Source: the human T2T-CHM13v2.0 reference genome, Homo sapiens. Taken from it: 64,000 bases of DNA. Under the pieces are notes generated by a model that was not told where the DNA came from, did no database searches, and was given only the letters and a program-made list of their open reading frames with translations. Positions 1 to 12,673 of this stretch are shown piece by piece. Every line of letters starts with the position of its first letter. Within the stretch, counting starts at the first letter, position 1. The translations under genes were made by a program, and so were the position numbers. Where the stretch lies: the NCBI RefSeq assembly GCF_009914755.1, contig NC_060932.1; one strand, given 5' to 3'.

Positions 1-90
1 GCTGCTCAGTTTACATAGTCACTTGAATATTGAATGGTGAGCAATCACAATGATGATGTGTTCTCTTTCCCCTGTATAAGTATTTGATGA

Positions 91-315
<225 letters not shown>

Positions 316-1547
316 TGACCACACCTCATAAAAAATGCCACGTTGAACTCACTCACTTTATTTTAAAGTAAATAAAGTCCTGACGCTGTGAGTGGTGAGA
401 ACACTAGATGTACCTAGAGGCAAACTTGACCTCTGAAAACAGTTCACAGAACCAAAAAGATTGGTGATGATCATTTGCTTTACTAAAAGAGTTTTTCACT
501 GACTTCCATTTAAATGGCAATTAAAATTGGATCTGGTTTACAGAACGTCAGTCTACACACTTCTTCAGGAATGTGATACTTGTATAAAGCAACCTGCAAC
601 TGTACCCAGCCTCCAGCTAATTCCAGGTCCTATTGCTGTTTAATAAAAATGTCCATGCTTTTTGGAGACAGGAGGTTTTTACTGATCTCCCCTGGCTGAA
701 AAGAAATGGATGGGTATTTTCTCAGCCTTTCTGTGCTTCTTTCTCTCTTGCTTGTTGCTTCGACGCCTTTCACAACACTTTAATCTCTATCCCTTTTCTT
801 TTATGATGTGAACCAAACCTCTTGTTCTCCAAAGACGTTTGTGTGCTGAACCCTTGGATAGAGTCAAAAGCTTACTGGAGGATTTTTTTAACTTACACAA
901 ATATTCTTTTCTTAAATTAGGTAGTCTAAAATGAAAGGAAAGGGTTTGTTTCTTTATTTAATATCTCTACCTCCTCATGAGGTTGCAGAAGCACAAATAT
1001 ATTAAGTAAAACAGTAGTTCCAGGAAGCCTGCCTAAAGCTTCCCCACCTCCTCGCAGTACTCCTGACAGCCCCTGTCTTTGGGTCAAGGTCAGGAGGGAG
1101 TCAAGAAGTGAGCATCACAGAAGGGGAGCAGAGACCTTGGAGACCATGAAGTTCCCATCTTGCTTCCTAGAGGAGGAAACAGACACAGAAAGCTCAAATA
1201 CCTTCTTTAAAGCCATAGTTGGTTGGAGGCTGAACCAGGTCCCCTGTGCCCACTTTTGCCTGTACAGGTGGTGGAGGCTAGTGTAGCAGTCTATACATCC
1301 ACATTCTAGCCCTCCAAGCCACTCCCTCCCTCTGGGCCCCATTCCCCTATCTATAAATTGGGGATAGATGTGTATATTTATGGAAGAGGATTTCTACTAT
1401 TTAGCATGTAGTATAGATGCTCTGTAGGGAAGACCACAAAATCATTACCTTTTCAATTTTGTTCTTAACAACATGCTTTCAATTGTTAGTGTTTATTTTC
1501 TATGCAGAAAACAATAATAGCAATAGAGCGTCTTTGAACACTCTACT

Positions 1548-3308
1548 AGGAAAAATCAGGTGACAGCAAACATTCCAAAGATCTGCAGGGCAGGGTACCA
1601 TTGTGGTTAGGAGCACAAACTTTGGAGCCAGGCAGACTTCAGTTTGAGCTCTCACATCTGCTACTTTCTAGCTCTATGCCCTTGGGCCAGCTGCTCAACC
1701 TCTGAACGCCTCATGCCTAAAAAAGAGTTAAAAATAATACCTTTCTATAGGATCATGAGGACTAAAGGAATGTTGTATAGGCTTTGCATAGTGACTGGTA
1801 TACAAGTGCCCAATACGTAGTAATGATGAAGATGATTGATATGTTTAAGTGATGAGGGAGTCCTGCCCTATTTTTCTTGGTAGTAAAAAAGGATATTAAA
1901 ATATTTTTGTATGTTTGTATGTAGGTCATAGTCCTGTTACACTAACCTGCTGAGCTGGCTGTGTTTCCCTTTGCTGTCCCATTGCTTTCCATTTCCCTTC
2001 CAGATCTCCATTCAGTAATGGCTTTTCCTGGCCCAACCCTAAGTCAAGCCCTTTATGGAGAAATTCAGCTGACATTATTGACTCTAAAGGGAAAAAGAAA
2101 TGTGGGAGAGAAAGGAATATGAAAATATGCACTTTGCTCCCAGGGAAATACATGTAGACATGCAAAAACTTTTGTTCACCCTTGTGCGCTGCAGCTAAAC
2201 AGGGCCCAAAATATGGTGATGCTCAGATTAATGGAATCAGAATCTGCTGGACCCATGCTTCCAGTCTAGAACCTTACCTCATTTCCCAATGGCCTCATAA
2301 GAATCTGCTGGTTCTGGAATAAATGAGTTTATATTTGGAAAATTGGTTGCTTGGGCTATGTTTACTCTTTTGTTTCCAGGGCTAATTTGAATTAACCATT
2401 CCCAGCTGGGTTAATGAACAAATTGTTAGGCAGATCACTGATTTCCTAGCCAGCTGCCCTAACTCCACCCATCCCCAAAACAGGTCTGTCTCCACTAGTG
2501 GACACCAGCAGGCAGCTTTGTTTTCAAGTGTGGTTGAACAAAAGCCTGGTTTCCATCTCAACCAAGTTTCCTTCTACAGCTGGGGTTGCACATATTGCTT
2601 CAGGAGTCCAGAGACAATGAAGCAGTGTGACTGCTAAAACCCAGCCTCAGCCAAAAAGAGCAAGGGCACTGACCTTGGATGGCAGAGGTCCAACAGCTTT
2701 CACTCAACCAGCATGCACTGAGTATCTGCCCTGTGCTAGGGGACACAGCAGTGAATAGTGCAGGCAACTCTGCCCACAAGGAGCTTGTATTCTAGCAGTT
2801 CTTGAGACAAATAGCACAGCAGAATGACTGCGCAGCCCCATGCTGCCTCTGGGGGAATGTGCACACAGTCTTGCAAAAGAGGCAGGAAGCAGAGCCATCG
2901 CATCGCATACTTCTTATAGAAACATATGGCCTACATACATACATACAAAAATATTTTAATATCCTTTTTTGCTACCAAGAAAAATAGGGCAGGACTGCCC
3001 CATCACTTAGACATATTGATCATCTTCATCATTACTATGTATTGGGCACTTGTATACCAGTCCCTATGCAAAGCCTATACAACATTCCTTTAGTTCTCAT
3101 GATCCTATGGAAAGGTATTACTTTTAAATCCTTTTTAGGTGTGAGGCATTCAGAGGTTGAGCAGCTGGCCCAAGGGCATAGAACTAGACAGTGACAGATG
3201 TGAGAGCTCAAACTGAAGTCTGCCTGGCTCCAAAGCTCGTGCTCCCAACCACAGTGATGCCCTGCCCTGCAGATCCTTTGGAATGTTTGCTGCCGCCTGA
3301 TTTTTCCT
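1548..3308. repeat. Long inverted repeat 1: arms 1548-1930 and 2925-3308, about 1 kb spacer; arms include a MIR plus flanks
   Basis: Hand alignment of arm 1 with the reverse complement of arm 2 gives about 31 differences in about 383 bp. Confidence 0.95.
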
Positions 3309-3414
3309 TTTCCCCTTCCAGTCTTCCCTGGATAATGATTTTAACTATATCCTACTGAGCTCAATATATGAGAGAGATAGCCCCTAAGATAGCTTTGGGC
3401 CAGAAAGCCCCTAG

Positions 3415-3732
<318 letters not shown>

Positions 3733-3733
3733 T

Positions 3734-3808
3734 ATGACCCTTTTAGGATCATACAGGTCCTTTTAGGATCATACAGGGTCCTGGCCAGCCAGGATGACCC
3801 TTTTAGGA
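3734..3808. repeat. Short local tandem duplication (ccttttaggatcatacagg x2; atgacccttttagga x2) abutting the Alu
   Basis: Directly visible 20-bp-period duplication. Confidence 0.8.
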
Positions 3809-3996
3809 GCATGAGTGGAACCCACTGCTCCCCAGACCTACGAAAATGGGCAAGAGGAGCTTGGCAGGAGAAAAGAGTGAGACATGGAAGCTGATGGTTT
3901 TGTGGAGGTTATTTTGTGGAGGTGATGGCATTGATGTGGATCAGAACCAGGTAATTAATGATCAGGAAATACAAACTCATTTCTTTTCTTCTTTAG

Positions 3997-4296
<300 letters not shown>

Positions 4297-4873
4297 TAAG
4301 AACTCAGGTGACTTGGACTATTCCCAGATACCCTGAGCTTATAAGTCAGAATCTCAGGATGAAATATTCTTGCGGGTTTGGCCAACAATGCTTGAGCAGC
4401 CTTGTGTGCAAATTCCTGAGCTTGCAGGCCTCCATGCAGGTCATGAAAGGATACAAAACAGAGAGGAAGCAAACATGTGGGCACTTACCATGTGTCCGGT
4501 GTGGTGATTGTTGTCTCGTATACCTTTCATCACACTAAAGCTCCCTCAGTCCTGCTGAGGTAGGTATTATGATTCCCATTTTACAGATAGTAAATTTAGG
4601 ATTAAAGTGATTGACTGACTTATCACACAGCTGGGTGAACTGAGTTGACCTTAGACCTTTAAGGCCTTTTGCTCCTTACACTATACAGTTTTGCAAAGAC
4701 AAAGAGATCTTAGTCCTTCCCACTAAGACCAAGGGGGATTTATGAATGTGTGTCTGGGGAGACTTTTTCAGAAAGCAGAAGCAGGTATTGGGAAGAGAAG
4801 CTGAGTCCCTGCAGTCTAGCAGTCTAGGAGAGGAACACGCAGGATGTGGAGAGAACCTGGAAAAGAAGTGAGT

Positions 4874-5804
4874 AGGTTGAGGGGCCTGTATCAGAGATTT
4901 CTCCCCTTGACCTCCTACTCACTGAGGCACCAGGAGGCGCCTGGTGGTACTTCGCCTTTTAGTCAGATCAATACCTCTATCTTAGGCGCTTAGGCTGCTA
5001 TTATATAATAGAATTCTATAGACTGGGTAGTTTAAACAATAAATGTTTATTTCTCACAGTTCTGGAGGCTGGGAAGTCCAAGATCAAGGTGTCAGCAGAC
5101 CTGGCATGACTGGTGTCTTCATGCCACCAAGAGAGAGAGAAGTTATCTCTCTTGTGTCTCTTCTTATCAGGACACGAATCCCATTCATGAGCGTTTTGCC
5201 CTCATGACCTCATGACCTCATTACTTCCTAAAGACCCCACTTCCAAATACCATCACATTGGGGTTGGTATTTTAACGTATGAATTTTGGAGAGTCACATT
5301 CAGTTCATAACAATGTCTATATAGGTAAGTCTAGTTTTCAGAAATCCCAATTTAAAAACAAAACAAAAAACATCAAATAAAGCCAAAACTCAATTAGTAT
5401 AGAAACCAGAAGGCAAGCATTCCTAACACAAACAGAATGAGTTAAGAATGAAGGTGCTAGAGCTAGCATCCTTATTGGGATTTTAGACTTTCAATGGGAT
5501 TAATGCCCTGACAAGAAGAGACAAAAGAGAGATAACCTCTCCCTCTCTTGGTCGCATGAAGATACCAGTCATGCCAGGTCGGCTGACACCTTGATCTTGG
5601 ACTTCCCAGCCTCCAGAACTGTGAGAATAAACATTTATTGTTTAAACTACCCAGTCTATAGAATTCTATTATATAATAGCAGCCTAAGCAACCTAAGACA
5701 GAGGTGTTGATCTGACTAAAAGGTAAAGTACCACCAGGCACCTCCTGGTGCCTCAGTGAGTAGGAGGTCAAGGGGAGAAATCTCTGATACAGGCCCCTCA
5801 ACCT
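4874..5804. repeat. Long inverted repeat 2: arms 4874-5185 and 5493-5804, about 307 bp spacer
   Basis: Hand alignment gives about 18 differences in about 312 bp; the outermost ~64 bp are identical. Confidence 0.95.
4978..5312 (-). mobile_element. MaLR solo LTR (MLT1A/MST-like); part is copied into the second arm of inverted repeat 2
   Basis: ctcacagttctggaggctgggaagtccaagatcaaggtg core; ends cattcagttcataaca. Confidence 0.85.
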
Positions 5805-6893
5805 CATAGTAGAAATCTCAGTTTCACCATTTATTAGTGTATGGCCCTGTGTAAGCTACTTAATCTGGGTTTCACCTGCAAAATGGGGATTATAGTCAAT
5901 CTATCTAAAGTGCCTGGCATGGAATAAACACTCCACAAATAGCTATTTAAACTGAAAATGATGCCTTAGAATATTAAAGCAAGATGTCCAATTCTACCAT
6001 GTATTTCAGGTAAAGGAACTGAGCTGGATAGAAAGGTAATTACTTGCTCAATATGGCGAGTGAGAGCCTAGAATCCAGAGAGTCCCACCAGAGCTGGGGA
6101 TTCTGGGGAGCATAATGAGGAAGGGAGCAGCTTTGGGGTTAGACACACTTGTATTCAAACCCAGACCCTGCCCAGGTCTACAGCCTTGGGGTTGCACACG
6201 GCTACAGTAATGAGTTCTTAAGCTCATCTTATCAAAGACTTTCAGTGTGGTCTAGTTTTTGCTCCATGTAAGGGAGAAAATTTTGAGGATGGAATGGCTG
6301 CCTTGGAGAAAAAGTGAGCTCTCTGTTAGGGGAGCTGAGGCTGGGTGAGAGTTCTTGGGGGAATGGATTAGCAGGAATTCAAGCATTGGCTCTAGTTCCA
6401 CAATGACTGCAGCCTAGGAGGGTAGGACTAGAAAAATCTTTGTCTTACAAATCTTAAAACCAAATGGGATTCTAATAGAACCAGATCTAGTCAAATAGAT
6501 TTGTGTTGCACAGTAAAATGGACTATCAGAACTGAATGTAAACTTCAAAACTGTTGGTCCAGTCTTAAGTGAGAATCCTGTTGATTTTAGACTTTCAACG
6601 AGTGATTTTAGGTCAAAACCAGCATTAAATAGTGTTGGATTGATATGAAGGGAGTTTTGCCATGTTTTATCCTTCTAACTACTTGTAGAAGAAAGCCACT
6701 TTTGATGTTCATGTGTCTCGAATATCTCTCAACTTGAAACCTCCCTTTTTAATAAGAGATAGCACAGGTTTCAGGCACAGTCCCTTCCTAAAGAGATCAG
6801 TGACACCTATGGGAACATTTCCCAAAGTCTACCTCTTGGAACACCAGTCCCTCCAAATACAGTAAAGAGAAAGTTAAAGAAATGCTTCACATT

Positions 6894-7210
6894 GGCCAGG
6901 TGTGGTGGCTCACACCTGTAATCCCAGCACTTTGGGAGGCCGAGGAGCACGGATCACCTGAAGTCAGGAGTTGGAGACAGCCTGACCAACATGGAGAAAC
7001 CCTATCCCTACTAAAAATACAAAAAGTAGCCAGGCGTGGTGGCGCACATCTGTAATCCCAGCTACTCCGGAGGCTGAGGCGCCTGAATCACTTGAACCCA
7101 GGAGGCAGAAGTTGCTGTGAGCCGAGATCGTGTCACTGCACTCCAGCCTGGGCGACAGAGCAAGACTCTGTCTCAAAAAAACAAACAAAGAAACAAACAA
7201 ACAAAAAAAA
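6894..7210 (+). mobile_element. Alu (AluSp/Sq-like)
   Basis: Full dimer, cctgaccaacatggagaaacc diagnostic, A/AAAC tail, degenerate TSD ending tcacatt. Confidence 0.92.
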
Positions 7211-8012
7211 CAGCATCACATTGCATATTCCAATGACACTATTTTGTTTCATTGGTTTTCTTTTTAAAGTGACTTTCCATTTCTGTCAAGTAGTACTTGT
7301 TTTACCTTGCAAGATGAAGTTACCTTTTTAAAAATAAAAGTGTCGAATAAAAAAAATGGTTGTGGGATGTACAAGTGGTAAAGGTGGTCGTGGAATGGCT
7401 GACTTGGGAAAATGAGATCTAGTCCAGCACTCCCATTTTGCACGTGAGAAAGCTGAGGCTCAATGCTAACTGAATTGGATTCAGTCAACTCTCTTTTCAC
7501 TACACAATGCTGTCCTAATAAGTGCTCTGGGTCTGAGAGGCTGCATCTGCCAATGAAGGCTGGACTGGTGGATCCCCAAATGCTCTCTGTGGGCTCAGCT
7601 GTCTGGGTTCTGTAGCCCCACCTCTCATCCTCCCTCCTGAGGTTGACAGCATTTCTCAAGCTTTCTTGTCACTGTATTTGGAGTGGGCTGAGCCCTGAGC
7701 TGGGCACACTGGTGAGAGGCCCTGCTGCTTCCTGACAGCCGACTTAATAAAGTAAGCACTGTCAGAGGTAAGTAGCCTGAGATACAATTCATTAGGATTT
7801 CATTAGGACTTCTTCTCTTTTGATCACTTGTTCAAAAAGTAATTTGATCACCAGCATGACTGTCTTAGCATGTGGATCTCATACATACTGAGAAGACAGG
7901 GGCTGGAAAATGCCTTCATTTGTTACCAGCTGTTCTCAGTTTTCATTTGTGGATGTCTGGCATCAGTTTCTCTATCTCCATTACTGAAACTGCCCTTGCT
8001 CAGAAGGATTTA

Positions 8013-8256
8013 GAGGCGGGGAGGATCACTTGAGCCCAGGAATTTGAGACTAGCCTCAGCAACATAGTGGGATCCCCGTCTCTACAAAACATAAAAATTC
8101 AGCCGGGTGTGATGGCACATGCTCATGGTGCCAGCTACTCAGGAGGTGGAGGCGGGAGGATTACTTGAGCCTGGGAGGTCGAGGCTGCAGTGACATCATG
8201 ATCACATCACTGCATTCCAGCCTGGGCAGGAGAGCAAGAGACCCTGTCTCAAAAAC
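8013..8256 (+). mobile_element. Alu (AluJ-like, 5' truncated)
   Basis: gaggatcacttgagcccagg and gaggtcgaggctgcagtga J-type features. Confidence 0.88.
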
Positions 8257-8663
8257 ACATGAAGGATATAATACCTTTGTTCTCCTATGCACCAGACTGA
8301 ATTCATTATTTTTACTTCCCTCCTCTATCCAAGTTAGCTGCCCCCGTCCTCCCTATCCTGACTCATAGCCCCGTTGTTCTCCCAGACACTCCAGCTTGAA
8401 AATTCAGTAAGCCTTAATTCTTTACACCATGTCTTTATCCACAGCCAGGCCCGCCCTGCAGATTGTTCCTTGAATGGTTCCCATCCCCTGTTCCCATGGG
8501 TTCTTTTAGTGCTCATCTGAACGTTACATTGGCCTCCCTGCTGGGCTACTGGCCTTCTTTACTTTTCCTGTTCACTCCATCCTCCACATTCCTTCCAGAA
8601 CACTAGTTGGTGTTACCACCCCTCTCTCCAGAAATCTTCAGTGGCTCTTACTTCTTACCACCA

Positions 8664-8900
8664 GGAACATTCTCAAAGTCTGGTTTTTTTTGGAACATCA
8701 CTCCCTCCAAATACAGTGACAAGAAAGCTTGAGAAATGCTTTATATCACATCTGTTTTGGGGATCTGAAATGCCAGTTACCATGGTAAAGAAACTGAGAA
8801 GTCCTGCAACAAAGAACTTTTTTTTTAACTTCTTTTTCAAAACTTGATATTTCCCAAAGGTATTAGACCACAAAACATTTTTTCACGATAAGTGTTAATA
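8664..8900. mobile_element. Degenerate hAT-Charlie MITE (MER112-like)
   Basis: ttcccaaaggtattagaccacaaaacattttttcacg resembles the remembered MER112 consensus. Confidence 0.45.
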
Positions 8901-9546
8901 TTCCCTGAAGAGGAAATCTGCCCCATAGGAGACCGTCACATTTCTGTAGCCTGGCTATTAAGCTGTCCTGAAATTTGTCCTCAGACTACTTTTGTAGCCT
9001 CACATTTTAGCTGCATGGTTAACTGGGCAACCATGCAACTAACTGGGCAAAGAGCCTTTAGATGCGGAGGGAAGAGCAAATTCCAGACCCTGAAGCCTCA
9101 CTATGCCCGGCATGCTCAAGGAGGTCAATGTGGCTGGAATGGACAAATGACAGGAAGCGGGAAGGCGATGAGGCCAGTGGGAAAAGATCACATGGGGCCT
9201 GGTAAGGACTTTGGCTTTTATTCTGGGAGAGATGGGAAACCAAGAGAGGACTCTCGGCACAATGACTTAATGTTGCAACGCGAAGATGCCAGATCCAGTG
9301 TATTCCGAAGGGGCAAGGAGAGAAGCAGAAAGGCCTGTTGGGAGACTCTTAAAGTTACTCAGATTGGAGATAAAGGCACCTTTAATCAGTGTAGCCATGG
9401 AAAGGAAGAGAGGTGGGCTCTGCATATATCTTAAAGGTAGAGTCTTTTGGATCAACTGATGAGATTTGACATGTGAGGTTTATCTCCACATCACACAGAA
9501 AAGCCCACAACATTTTACACATCATAGACTCACAGTAAAATATTTT

Positions 9547-9775
9547 GTCTGAGCCTGGTGGTTCACGCCTGTAATCCCAGCACTTTAGGAAGCTGAGGCA
9601 GGAGGATCGTTTGAGTCCAGGAGTTTAAGACCAGCCTAGGCGATATGGCGAGACCACATCTCTACAAAAAATAAAAAATTAGCTGGGCGTGGTGGTGGAG
9701 GCTGCAGTGAACTATGATCATGCTACTGCACTCCAGCCTGGGTGATAGAGCAAGACCCTGTCTTGAAAAAAAAAA
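9547..9775 (+). mobile_element. Alu (AluJ-like, internal deletion in right arm)
   Basis: Left monomer, then jump to gaggctgcagtga; poly-A tail. Confidence 0.88.
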
Positions 9776-10084
9776 TGCATCTGTTTACTCATTCAATGAA
9801 CAAACATTCATGGAATTCTGTGTGTAAGCCAGATTTCAACTGTTGGGCCATTCCCTGGGCCCCTCAGAGCGATGTCCCCTTCTGCAATCAGAACTATCTG
9901 TTGTTATTCACACTTTGGCCTTCTTTTCCATTCTTCATACTTAGAACACTCGTTTCCCCTACTTTTATAATGTTTCTCTTGTTTTCAGAACCCTCTCTCT
10001 CCTATTACAGTTTTCCTCTCCTCTGCTGCTTGAATGTTGTCCTTCTGGAAAGTCCACCTCCCTTTCTTAGAATGTTTTGCTTCC

Positions 10085-10612
10085 TGTGTTGGTTTCCTAT
10101 TGCTGCTCTAACAAATGACCACAGACATGGTGGCTTAAGACAACCCAATTTATTATCTTACAGTTCTGCAGGTTAGATGTTTGAAAGGGTCCCTCATCGG
10201 GGCATCAGCAGGTCTGTGTTCCTTCTGGAGGCTCTAGGGGGAAATCTGTTTCCTTGTCTATTCTGGTTTCTAGGGATGGCCTGCATTCCTTGGCTGGTGG
10301 CCCTTCCTTTACCTTCAAGCCAGCCAGACAGCTTCTTCAAGTCTCTCTCTCTCATTGTCTCTTTCTCCCCCGAGCCTCCCGTCTACTTCCATTATCACAT
10401 CTCTTCCTACTCTGACTCTCCTGCTGCTGCCTCATAAGGACCCTCAAGAATACATGGGGCCCACCCAGATAAACCAAGATAAACTCCTCATTCCAAGAGC
10501 CTTAATTTAATCACATCTGCCACATCCCTTTTTGCCATTTAAGGTAACATACTTACAGGTTCTGAGGATTAGGATATGAACATCTTTGGGAGTCATTATT
10601 CTGCCCAACACA
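10085..10612 (-). mobile_element. MaLR solo LTR (MLT1D-like)
   Basis: TG...CA termini, tgtgttggtttcctattgctgct...attattctgcccaacaca. Confidence 0.85.
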
Positions 10613-11153
10613 CTTCCCAATTCCTAGAAATATCTCAGCCTACCTACAGGGTTAGTGCACTACACACCCCCAAAAGGGGCCACTGCTATTTGGTCTATGT
10701 GGCTGGCCTCCCCTACGGTTGTGCACTGTGCAGCCTCCATGGATTTATGTGTTAACTCTGCCTGTTTAGAATCCATTCTTCCTTTTCATTCAACTTTCTA
10801 GGACTCTTTCTCTTACCATCATGTGAATGTTCTCTAATTTTTTCATTTGTTTTTAATCTTCTTTGTCTATGTGGTATAGATTTAACCTAAGTTCTATTGG
10901 CTTAAAAAATGAGATATTCTCTGATGCTTGGCACTCATTAAGTCTTCTTATTAGAGGTCTGAGTTAGATGATTTAATTAGCTTCAGGCAGCATCTCTGTG
11001 TGATCTTTCTCCCTGTTTTAAAGGTAAAGTGTCATTAACTGATTATTGACCTGCTAATGAAGACTTTGCAGAAGGCATCCACCCTAAAATAGGCTTAATG
11101 AGGGTTCAGGGAGGGAAAGCAGGCTGATCCTTACATATTATTAAGAACTTCCA

Positions 11154-11505
<352 letters not shown>

Positions 11506-11599
11506 TCAAGTCACCAACTTTATCCCAGAGTTCACACTTACCTCTTCTAGTGGTTCTGGCTTTGCCATAATCTCACTATTTGACGCTGTGCCCATTAAA

Positions 11600-12430
11600 T
11601 TTCCTCTTAGGTTTTTTTGTTTTGTTTTGTTTGCCTGGGTTGGAAACAATTTTCTTTCAGCTGAAGGTATTATTCCATTGTTTGGGCTGTGCTTTCTCTT
11701 TTGAGAGGTTGGTTATCATTCTTATTGTTGCTCCTTAAAAAGTGATCTTTATTTTTTTCCCTCATCTGATTGTTTTTAAGGTATTTTTCTTTATTTTTGG
11801 TTTTTAGCAGTTTTACTATGTTGTAATAAAGCACAGTTTTGTTTTCATCTTGTCGGATTTTATAGAGCTTTTAAAACCCTGGCTTGATGTTTTAAATTAG
11901 TTTTGGAAAATTGTCAGCCTTTATCTATTCAAAGATTGCTTCTGTCCTGTTCTATTCCTCCTCTTTTCTCTTCTCTCCCTTTTCTCCTTTCCTTGCCTCA
12001 CCTCTTTTTGCCTGTCCTCTGTGATTCCAATTACATGTATATTAGACCTTTTAATCAGATACTCTGTGCCTCTTCTTTTATGCATTGTCTATCATTTTGT
12101 CTCTCTGAGCTTTATTTTATCCATAACATGGCCTATCTTCCAGCTCATTTCTCCTGCCTCTTTTTTAAAACCTATTCACTAAGTTCTTCTTTCCAGTGAC
12201 TAAATTTTCAGCTATAGAATTTCCATTTCTTTTTTTATTATAGATTTCATTTATCTATTGAAATTTTTTATCTGGTTTCTTACTGAACAGATTAAGCACT
12301 GTTACTTTAAAGTTCATGTCTGATTACCACATTATCTGAATCCTCTGAGTCTTTCTTCGCTTAGTTTCTCTTGTTAATCACATTGTCTTATCTCTGTGCA
12401 TGCCATATTTTATTGCATGCTAGACATTTC
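11600..12430 (-). mobile_element. Ancient L1 (L1M/L1ME) fragment
   Basis: T-rich, with ggaaaattgtcagcc and ttacatgtatattagacc L1ME-type phrases; boundaries approximate. Confidence 0.55.
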
Positions 12431-12575
12431 TACATAAAAATATGTAGTGAGCTAGTAAGTGATAGAGCCCAAGTAACCACTGTACTAAAGATGAGAAATA
12501 ATAGAAATATAAATTATGGGCTGAGGGAGACAGAAAGGAGAAAGGCTTCTGAGCATCAGTGATTTTTCAGATGGG

Positions 12576-12673
12576 CAGGGCTGGGACTAGGGTCATGCAT
12601 GACCCTAAGAGTGAGTGCCTCCTTAACTTTTGTACCCTGTGTGCCACACTGGTTCACCCTTGTCCTGGAACTG
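12576..12673. mobile_element. hAT MITE (MER96-like), internally deleted
   Basis: cagggctgggactagggt...gagtgagtgcctccttaa...cacccttgtcctggaactg with degenerate terminal inverted repeats. Confidence 0.65.

Noticed and set aside
316-376. Stop codon and AATAAA shortly after the exon 1 donor as an intronic poly(A) isoform
   Set aside because: AATAAA is common in AT-rich introns and the adjacent donor is strong (gtgagt); no further support
6964-7200. ORFs with [11 protein letters not shown]-type peptides (also 11170, 19579, 23179, 34744, 46069, 60541, 61333)
   Set aside because: Translations of Alu sequence
8892-9434. 180-aa ORF
   Set aside because: GTG start, overlaps decayed antisense L2-like sequence, no recognisable domain and no role in the exon chain
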